Part shown: in pieces, positions 46,941 to 53,977 of the stretch
Layout: every line of letters begins with the position of its first letter
Numbering within the stretch: position 1 is the first letter of the stretch
From: Verrucomicrobiales bacterium
Lineage (GTDB): Bacteria; Verrucomicrobiota; Verrucomicrobiia; Verrucomicrobiales; Verrucomicrobiaceae
Length of the DNA stretch: 53,977 bases
Direction of reading: 5' to 3'
Assembly (NCBI GenBank): GCA_003506995.1
Contig: DNXB01000044.1
Coordinates: 1-53,977 of the forward strand
Notes under the pieces: model-generated
The model's database searches: none
Told to the model about the DNA's origin: nothing
The model's input: only the letters and a program-made list of their open reading frames with translations
Made by a program: the position numbers and the translations under genes

Positions 46941-47762
46941 TCACAAAGGCCGCTTGCTGTAGCCGTCGCAGCGGTTGTGCCATCCGGCCAGCCAGCGCTG
47001 CTCCTTGCGCTCTGGCGGGGCGTTTGCCACGCGGCGTCTGAGGACGCGCTTCGCGGCGTCGGCAAAAACGGACGCCCTAAAGGCTTTGGAGTACTCCGGC
47101 ATGTTCTCCAGCACCTGTAGCAATCCCCAGCCTTCGCCGTTGTAGCGCTCCTTCGGGCTGGTGCCCTCCCCTTTGAAATTCACATAGTCGATCAAGCAGA
47201 ACATGCCCTCCGGCGTCGCCTGGAGTCCCCGGAAGTTTTTTTCCACCAGCCGCCGCTTGCCGCCTGCTGACTGCGCCAGCATCTTTGGCAGCGCCCGTTC
47301 CATCCGGGCCATGATGAACTCCGTCTGCTGCCGGACCGTCTGGCTCAACAGAAGGCGCAGCTCCTGCTGGCGCGGGCCATTTTTGTCCGCCTCGAAAGCC
47401 GCTTTCGTCGGCCAGGGGCAGGCACCGCGCGTCCAAGCCGGGGTGGCAATGCCCCGTGCGTTGAAAAAAGCCACCAGCGGCGGAAAACTCTCCTCAAACG
47501 GCCCGCTGCCGCCCTGCGGATACCAAATGAAGTGACCAATGCCGAGCGAGGCAAAGTCCTCCCCAGCGTTCCAGCTCGTCAGCCCCGCCACCGTGCCGCC
47601 GCACTCGTTTTGCCAGATACGCCGGCCCACGCGGTCGATTTGGGCCGCAGAAAGTTGTGCGCCGCCTGTCGCCGCAGGGGGCGGCGTCTCGGCACAACTG
47701 GCCAGACAACTCAAAAACAGGGTCATAACACCAAGTTTGGTGGAGACAAGGGGGTGCTTCAT
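46941..47762 (-). CDS. Hypothetical lipoprotein, possibly lysozyme-like fold
   Basis: LASC lipobox; IWQNECGG...SLGIGHFIW; DYVNFKGEG; GWGLLQVL. Confidence 0.7.
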   Translation of the reverse strand: MKHPLVSTKLGVMTLFLSCLASCAETPPPAATGGAQLSAAQIDRVGRRIWQNECGGTVAGLTSWNAGEDFASLGIGHFIWYPQGGSGPFEESFPPLVAFFNARGIATPAWTRGACPWPTKAAFEADKNGPRQQELRLLLSQTVRQQTEFIMARMERALPKMLAQSAGGKRRLVEKNFRGLQATPEGMFCLIDYVNFKGEGTSPKERYNGEGWGLLQVLENMPEYSKAFRASVFADAAKRVLRRRVANAPPERKEQRWLAGWHNRCDGYSKRPL

Positions 47763-47915
47763 ATTTTAGAAATCTTAAGTGGTGCTGTTCTATCGAAGTG
47801 GTTTTTGAAACAATAGCTTTCCCGTCATCTTCCTGCCCCTGTGATTTCATTAAGTTTGATTCACTGATTTTCCACCCTTATTCTCCCGGCTCTTTAGCCT
47901 TCCTGCGCGTCCGGC

Positions 47916-50900
47916 ATGCCATATCTGGCCTTCAATCTTAATGATGGAAATGAGTTCGTCTTCGACATCCTCGAAGAACGGCTCTCCATCGGGCGTGAGG
48001 CCAGCAACGACATTGTCATCGACAACACCTTCATCTCGTCCTACCACGCGGAGTTCCTGCGTCAGGCGGACGGTGGTTACGAAATCGTCGATCTAAAGTC
48101 CTCCAACGGCACCTTCGTCAATGGCAAGCGGGTCGAGCGCGCCCGGGTGAAGGGTGGCGACCGCATCATGTTCGGCCAGCTTGAGAGCCGGTTCCGTGAA
48201 CGTGCGCCGAAGGGCCTGGCGCCTGACAGCGGCTCCAAGACCGTCGCACCGCCCAAAGGCCAGCCCACCCGCGAGGACGGCAAAAAAGGCGACACCGAAA
48301 GCATCCCCGCCCGCGACAAGGACGAACCGCCAAAGTCCACGCCTGAAACAGGCAAAATCGAGGTCACCAAGCCTGTCGTGCAACGCGCTCCGACCGAAGT
48401 TTCTAAACCGCCCGCCTTCACGCCGCCTGTCTCCTTTCTGCCGAAACCCGCGAGTGCCGCCGCCGCGCCAGCGCCAGATCCCGCCGCTGGTCGTCAGGCC
48501 GCCGAACTACGGGACGAGATCGAAAAACTCAGCCGCCAGCGCGATGTCCTCCGTGCGGAAAACGACATCGAGCAGAAGCGGCGGGATGAGATCCGCTCCC
48601 TGGAAGCCACGATCGACGCCCGCAAAAAGGAGCTCGGCCAGACTCAAACGGAGATCACCGGCTTCAAGACCGAGGTCGAAAAACTCCGCACCCAGGTGCA
48701 AAACTCACGCGCCGAGGTCGAAAACGCCAAAACCGAGGCCGCCAAGTTCGACGCCAAACGCCGCGATCTCAGCAACATCGAGAGCAAGCTCGAATCCACC
48801 CGCACACTCGTCGCCAAGGCCGAGGCCGATCTCGCCACCGCACAAAAAGGCCTGCAAAGCCTGCATGATGAGGCTGACAAGCAACGCAAAGACCGCGAGG
48901 CCGCGATGGCAAAGCTTGTGGCCGACGAAACCGCCGCGCAGGCCAAGGTCACCGCCATCCACCAACTCCTCGCCACCGCTCAGCAGTCCGAGGCGGAGCT
49001 GAAAACCCAGCGCAGCGCCGAATTGCAGACCTTGGAGGCCGAAGTCGCCTCCAAACGCGCCTCGCTTGATCAAATCACCGCCTCGCTCGCTCAATCCAGC
49101 GAGGCGGCCAAGACCAGGGAAGCCGCCGCCGCGAAGGCCTCCGAAGACGTTGCCTCCGCAGGCGAAAAACTCGCCGCCCTGCAAGCTCAGGTCGCTGCCA
49201 CCGAGGCCAGGCTCAAGGAGGTCACCCAGCTCCAAGCCGACGCGCAGAAGTCCGAGACTGAACTCAAATCGAAACGCAGCGACGAACTGCAAAACCTCGA
49301 CGCCCAGCTTGCCACCAAGACCGCCGAACTCGGCCAAACGCAGGCCGATCTGGCGAAAATTCAGAACGAACTCGCCACACAGCAGGCCTCGCTCATCCAA
49401 ACGAGCGACGAGGCAAAAGCGAAGGGAGCCGCTGCTGCGAAAGCTGCTGCCGAGGTGACCGCCACGGGTGAAAAACTCACCGCCCTGCAATCCCAGCTCG
49501 CTGCCGCCGAGGCCAGGCTCAAGGAAGTCACGCAGCTTCAAAGCGAGGCGCAAAAATCCGAGGCCGAGCTCAAATCGAAACGCAGTGGTGAATTGCAGGC
49601 GCTCGATACTCAGCTAGTCGCCAAAACCGCCGAACTCAGCAAGACGCAGGCAGATTTGGCGAAAATTCAAAGCGAACTCGCCACTCAACAGACCACGCTC
49701 ACCAAGACGAGCGACGAGGCGAAGTCTCGCGAGGCCGTTGTGGCCAAACTGAGCGCCGACGAGGCCGCCACAGCGAAAAAACTGGCTGATTTGCAGAAAA
49801 AGACCGCCGAGGCCGGCGCGGAGGTCAAACGCCTCAACAGCTTGCGTGACGACGCGCAGAAATCCGAGGCCGAGCAACGCTCGAAACGCAGCACCGAGCT
49901 GCAAGACCTCGACAAGCAGCTCGACACCCGCCGCGCCGAGCTTTCCCAGCTCGACGCACAACGCGGCACGAAGCAGGACGAGATCGAGGCCGTCAACGCC
50001 ACGCTGGCCAAGGCCCAGGAGCAGGTGCGCGACGCGCAATCACAGATCGCCCAGCTCGGTGGCGAGGAAAAGACCATCGCCGCCCGCGTCCATGAACTGC
50101 GTGGCAACGAGGACCGCCTCGCCGCCCTGACACAGACGCTCGGCCAGATGGAAAACCAGCGCGGCATGCTGGACGCCGCGATTGGCGCCTTGCTTGGCAA
50201 ACAACAGTCCCACGAGACCGAATCGACCGCCGCCGAGCTGCGTTTGACCGGACTGCGCACCCAGCTTGCCGAGCTGGACCAGCAGCGCCTTGCCGCCGAG
50301 GAAAAACTGGCAAGTCTCAACACACAGAAGGCGGACGCGGAGGCCGATTTCGCCAAACAGCAGCAGGAGGCCCAGGCCAGGCTGGCCGCCATCGACAAAC
50401 AGGGCCGCGATGCCCGCACAGCGGACGATCTGGCGCAGCAGGAGGCCGAAAAACGCCGTACGGATCTCGATGCGCAGATCGCCGAGCGAGGCACACGTCT
50501 CGCGGCCGTTCAGGCCGAGGTCAAAGCGCTGGAAGACAAGGTCGCCGACCTCAACAACAAGCTGGACGACCTCGCATCGACCGACACCCGGCTCAATGAC
50601 GCGTCGGAAGCCCTCAAAGCCGTCGAATCGCACAAGGCGGAGGTCGTCGCCGCCGTGGCCGCGCTGGTAAAAGACCGCGATGAACGCACTCGCGAGCTGC
50701 TGGCCGCCACCGAGCATGGCCGGGCGCAAACTTTGCTCACCCAGACACTCACCCAGCGCCGGGAGGCGGTGGAAAAAGAGGTCCACCACATCGAAGAGCA
50801 GCAGACCCAGATGTCCCAGGCCGTGGGCAAAGTGCGTGAGCAGCTCCGCCTGGCCGAGAATGACCTCAAGGAACGCGAAACGCAGGTCGCCGCCGCCGCG

Positions 50901-53471
50901 CAGCGCACCCAAAACCTGGAGGAACTCGCCGCCAACGCCGACCAGCAGTTCAAAACCGTGCAGGCCGAGCACAAGAAGCTCAGCGAGCTGGTGGAGCAGG
51001 CCAAGACCGATCTGGAGCAGGCCACCGCCAGCGCCATCGAGAAAAAGAAGGAGGCTGCGGCCGCCGCAGCCGCAGCCGAGAAAAGCTCCCAGCAGCAGCT
51101 CACGCTGGTGGAGAAAATCAGCGGCCTGGAGGCCGTCATTGCCACACTCACCACCACGCATGCCGGCACGCAGCAAAAGCTGTCCGCCGCCGAGTCCGAT
51201 CATCAGAACCTGCAGGACCGGATCGCCGAGCGGCAGAAGGAACTCGCCGCCGCCGAGACGCGTGTGGCCGGGCTGACACAACAGACCGCCGGTTTGGAAG
51301 ATCGTGTCAAAGAACTCGCCGCCGCGAACAAGCAGCAGGCTGAGCTGACCGCCACCATCACCGCCTCCACTCAAGAGCGCGACAAGCTGGCCGCTGAAAC
51401 GCAGCGTCTCACCAAGGAACGTGCCGAGCTGGAGGCGCTGCTGCCCGATCTCCGCGCCAGCGTGACGCAGACCCGCGCCGAGGCGGACAATGTGAAGGCC
51501 GAGCTGGCCGGTTTGATCAAGGACCGCGATGCCGCCGCCGTCGCGCTGAAGGAATCCCTGGCCGAACGCCAGAAATCCGACGCCGCTGTCGAGGCGCTGC
51601 GCGTTGAATCAATCAATCTCGACAAGATTCTTGGCGACAAACGCACCAACCTCGAAGCGGAGACCAAGGCGAAGCTCGCCGAGGCCAGCGCCGCCGAGAC
51701 ACGGCTCAAAGGCGTGCAGGAACGCATCGCCGCCGCTGAAAAACGCCTCGCTGAGCTGGCGGATGTCGATGTGCGCATCGCCACGGCCAGCAAGACGCTC
51801 AAGGACACCGAGGCGCAACGCCACAACGAGGACAAACTGCTGGCGGAACTGGCCCGGAACCAGGAGAAGCTCAAAAAGGAGCTCGCCACGCTGGAAACCT
51901 CCCTCAAGATGGAAAACACGCGTCTTGCCGAACTCACCAAGAGTGTCAAAACCGCCGAGGCCCGGGCCGCCGACGCGGAAAAACGCGCCGAGAAGGCCAT
52001 TGCCGCCCAGGAGACCGCCGACAAGAAGCGCAGCGAGGCCGAGGCCACGCTCGAGGCCGCCCGCAGCGAGGAAAAGAACCTGCGGAAGCAGATCCCGGCG
52101 CTCAACACCGAGCTGGCTGGCATCCAGGCCATGCTGGGCGGCTTGAACAAGGAGCGCGAAGAGGCCTCGCAGTTCGTCACGCGCCTCAATGTCAGCACGG
52201 ACAATCAAAACAAGAAGCTGGCCGAGCTGCAGCAGCAGATCAGCCAGCTCGAAACGGCGCATCAGTTGCGCGAGGAGCGCGTGATGAAAGCGCAGCAGGA
52301 CGTGGACAGGGAAACCGCCCGCCTCAAGGCCGCGCAAGACCTGGCACGAGCGGCCGAGGTTGAAAAAGCCGAGCTCGAAAAAGAGCTCAAGGAGACGAAG
52401 GCGAAGGCCGATGCCGCCAAGAAAGACGCCGCAGCACTCGAAGGCGAGCTGCGCCAGCGGCTTGACCGCGTGCAGAGCCTCAAGGCCGACGAGGAACGCC
52501 TCGTCAAGACGATCGACACTCAGAAGCAGGACATCCAGGGCGCGGACATGGCGCTAAAGGAACTGCAAACGAAGATCGAGGCGCGGCAGACGGAGCTGGG
52601 CGACTATTTGAAGGTCGGCGGTCAGATTCTCGGACTCGGCCAGGCGCTGACGGGCCTGGAGTCACGCCAGACGGAGATCAACAAGTCCCTGCGCAAGGCC
52701 GCCGAAGAGGATCTGGCCATCCAAGTGAAACTCAATGCCGCCCAGGAAACACTGAACCGCGAGTCCGCCAAGGCCGAGCAGGCGCGCAAGGACCGCGAGG
52801 CGGCGGACGCGGAGTTCAAGAAGTTCAGCGCCGAGATCCAGAAACAGGCCGCCACGCTGCAAAACTACGAGGTGGAGCAGAAGAAGCGCATCGCGGAACT
52901 GGAAAAACGCATCGCCGACCTCGGCACGACGCAGCAACGCGCCACCGGGCAGCTTGAGGAGACGAAGGCCGAGCTGGCGCGGCTGGAAGGCCGCAAACAG
53001 GAATTCGCGCAGGCGGAGGCGCAGCTCAAGCACTGGCAGGACATCGAAAAACGTCTGCGCGGCCAGTTGGAGGAGCTGGAGGAGAAGCACGAGATCATGC
53101 GCCGCGGCCTGCCCACCGAGGACAGCACGGTGGTCATGTTCGCCAACGACATCATCAAGCGCATCGACCTCATCGACGCGCTGGTGGCGCGTTACGCGGG
53201 AGCCAATGGCAGCGACGTGCCCGTCCAGCTCCAGACACTGCGGGCCTCGTTTGAGGACATTTTGCACCAGCACGGCGTGACCGAGTTCGACGTGCCCCCC
53301 GGCACCGAGGTGGACATCGAGCTGCGCAAACGCATCGCCGTGGTGGACTCGCTGCCGGGCAAAGCGAAGCCGCGTGTGACAGAAAGCTGCCGTTCTGGTT
53401 TTATCTTCTCGCGTGGCGAGGGGCACGAGATTATCCTGCGTAAAGTGGAGGTGCGCACCTCCAGCCAGTGA
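47916..53471 (+). CDS. Giant FHA + long coiled-coil + C-terminal GrpE-like fusion protein (1851 aa)
   Basis: N-terminal FHA (SIGR, SSYHA, DLKSSNGTFVNG); Pro-rich linker; about 1550 aa rich in A/E/K/L/Q heptads; C-terminus FEDILHQHGVTEF...GTE...IAVV...SGF...ILRKVEV resembles the GrpE head. Confidence 0.85.
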   Translation: MPYLAFNLNDGNEFVFDILEERLSIGREASNDIVIDNTFISSYHAEFLRQADGGYEIVDLKSSNGTFVNGKRVERARVKGGDRIMFGQLESRFRERAPKGLAPDSGSKTVAPPKGQPTREDGKKGDTESIPARDKDEPPKSTPETGKIEVTKPVVQRAPTEVSKPPAFTPPVSFLPKPASAAAAPAPDPAAGRQAAELRDEIEKLSRQRDVLRAENDIEQKRRDEIRSLEATIDARKKELGQTQTEITGFKTEVEKLRTQVQNSRAEVENAKTEAAKFDAKRRDLSNIESKLESTRTLVAKAEADLATAQKGLQSLHDEADKQRKDREAAMAKLVADETAAQAKVTAIHQLLATAQQSEAELKTQRSAELQTLEAEVASKRASLDQITASLAQSSEAAKTREAAAAKASEDVASAGEKLAALQAQVAATEARLKEVTQLQADAQKSETELKSKRSDELQNLDAQLATKTAELGQTQADLAKIQNELATQQASLIQTSDEAKAKGAAAAKAAAEVTATGEKLTALQSQLAAAEARLKEVTQLQSEAQKSEAELKSKRSGELQALDTQLVAKTAELSKTQADLAKIQSELATQQTTLTKTSDEAKSREAVVAKLSADEAATAKKLADLQKKTAEAGAEVKRLNSLRDDAQKSEAEQRSKRSTELQDLDKQLDTRRAELSQLDAQRGTKQDEIEAVNATLAKAQEQVRDAQSQIAQLGGEEKTIAARVHELRGNEDRLAALTQTLGQMENQRGMLDAAIGALLGKQQSHETESTAAELRLTGLRTQLAELDQQRLAAEEKLASLNTQKADAEADFAKQQQEAQARLAAIDKQGRDARTADDLAQQEAEKRRTDLDAQIAERGTRLAAVQAEVKALEDKVADLNNKLDDLASTDTRLNDASEALKAVESHKAEVVAAVAALVKDRDERTRELLAATEHGRAQTLLTQTLTQRREAVEKEVHHIEEQQTQMSQAVGKVREQLRLAENDLKERETQVAAAAQRTQNLEELAANADQQFKTVQAEHKKLSELVEQAKTDLEQATASAIEKKKEAAAAAAAAEKSSQQQLTLVEKISGLEAVIATLTTTHAGTQQKLSAAESDHQNLQDRIAERQKELAAAETRVAGLTQQTAGLEDRVKELAAANKQQAELTATITASTQERDKLAAETQRLTKERAELEALLPDLRASVTQTRAEADNVKAELAGLIKDRDAAAVALKESLAERQKSDAAVEALRVESINLDKILGDKRTNLEAETKAKLAEASAAETRLKGVQERIAAAEKRLAELADVDVRIATASKTLKDTEAQRHNEDKLLAELARNQEKLKKELATLETSLKMENTRLAELTKSVKTAEARAADAEKRAEKAIAAQETADKKRSEAEATLEAARSEEKNLRKQIPALNTELAGIQAMLGGLNKEREEASQFVTRLNVSTDNQNKKLAELQQQISQLETAHQLREERVMKAQQDVDRETARLKAAQDLARAAEVEKAELEKELKETKAKADAAKKDAAALEGELRQRLDRVQSLKADEERLVKTIDTQKQDIQGADMALKELQTKIEARQTELGDYLKVGGQILGLGQALTGLESRQTEINKSLRKAAEEDLAIQVKLNAAQETLNRESAKAEQARKDREAADAEFKKFSAEIQKQAATLQNYEVEQKKRIAELEKRIADLGTTQQRATGQLEETKAELARLEGRKQEFAQAEAQLKHWQDIEKRLRGQLEELEEKHEIMRRGLPTEDSTVVMFANDIIKRIDLIDALVARYAGANGSDVPVQLQTLRASFEDILHQHGVTEFDVPPGTEVDIELRKRIAVVDSLPGKAKPRVTESCRSGFIFSRGEGHEIILRKVEVRTSSQ
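48981..49920 (+). repeat. Intragenic tandem repeat, 306-bp (102-aa) period
   Basis: QKSE.E..SKRS.ELQ.LD units begin at 49245, 49551 and 49857, with a more diverged copy at 48981. GAGGCCAGGCTCAAGGA occurs at 49203 and 49509. Confidence 0.85.
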
Positions 53472-53517
53472 GACTTCTCCCGGAGCGCTCTTTTTACTCA
53501 TCAATCACTCTCGTTAT

Positions 53518-53977
53518 ATGGCTGAATACGTTGGAATCGACCTTGGCACCACCCTCTCCGGGCTGGCCTACCTGAAACCCGATGGCAATCCTGAAATCGT
53601 CCCGAACTCCGACGGCGAGCGCCTGACGCCCTCCGTGGTGTTCTTCGACTCGCACGAGGACGTGAAGCTCGTGGGCAGCGCCGCGCGCGATGGCGGCGAG
53701 CCGGACCGCACGATCTTCCAGATCAAGCGCCACATGGACGACCCGGAGCATCTCGTGGAGATCGACGGCAAGAAATGGACGCCGGCGGAAATCTCCGCGC
53801 TCATTCTCACCAAGCTGAAGCGCGACTGCTCGAAGATCTGCGGTGACATCACCGAGGTGGTCATCACCGTGCCGGCAAACTTCAACGAGCTGGCCCGCAA
53901 GAGCACCATCGCCGCCGCGGAAATGGCCGGCATGAAGGTGAAGCGCCTGGTGAACGAGCCGACGGCGGCGGCGGTGT
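53518..53977 (+). CDS. Divergent Hsp70 (DnaK-like) family protein, 3'-truncated by window edge
   Basis: Manual translation: MAEYVGIDLGTTLSG...NSDGERLTPSVVFF...IKRHM...TPAEISALIL...VVITVPANF...LVNEPTAAA. Confidence 0.93.
   Translation, partial: MAEYVGIDLGTTLSGLAYLKPDGNPEIVPNSDGERLTPSVVFFDSHEDVKLVGSAARDGGEPDRTIFQIKRHMDDPEHLVEIDGKKWTPAEISALILTKLKRDCSKICGDITEVVITVPANFNELARKSTIAAAEMAGMKVKRLVNEPTAAAV

Noticed and set aside
53518-53977. Calling the Hsp70 gene dnaK
   Set aside because: Motif deviations and its context suggest a specialised paralog, and the gene is truncated by the window.

Overview
GC-rich bacterial chromosomal window, most likely from Verrucomicrobiota (Prosthecobacter-like). The basis for this is a perfect TGTTC-N4-GAACA LexA box upstream of lexA plus the gene content; it is an inference. 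Housekeeping genes (lexA, bioF, tsaD, cdsA-dxr, deoC, Glu dehydrogenase, DinG/YoaA, apbE, cvfB, M32 carboxypeptidase, alpha-2-macroglobulin) are interleaved with small accessory modules: two PIN toxin-antitoxin pairs, a decayed RelE/HigB-HTH pair, an orphan HTH antitoxin and a Uma2 nuclease. The most notable items are: (1) a family of heptad-periodic elements with a fixed 4 heptads + 4 nt + 3 heptads architecture, found as an inverted pair around a cargo gene, as an empty inverted pair and as solo arms; (2) a 1851-aa FHA + long coiled-coil + GrpE-like fusion directly upstream of a divergent Hsp70; (3) a seven-gene KS-III / MBL / adenylating enzyme / SDR / GT21 / GT1 cluster that probably makes an unknown glycolipid; (4) tiny lipoproteins absent from the ORF track as separate calls, one of them metallothionein-like; (5) GTAG-REP doublets that supply the AAG-TAG ends of four genes; and (6) an apparent compositional junction inside ynbC. 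No rRNA, tRNA, CRISPR array, integrase or transposase was recognised. All functional calls come from motif recognition by eye, with no database searches.
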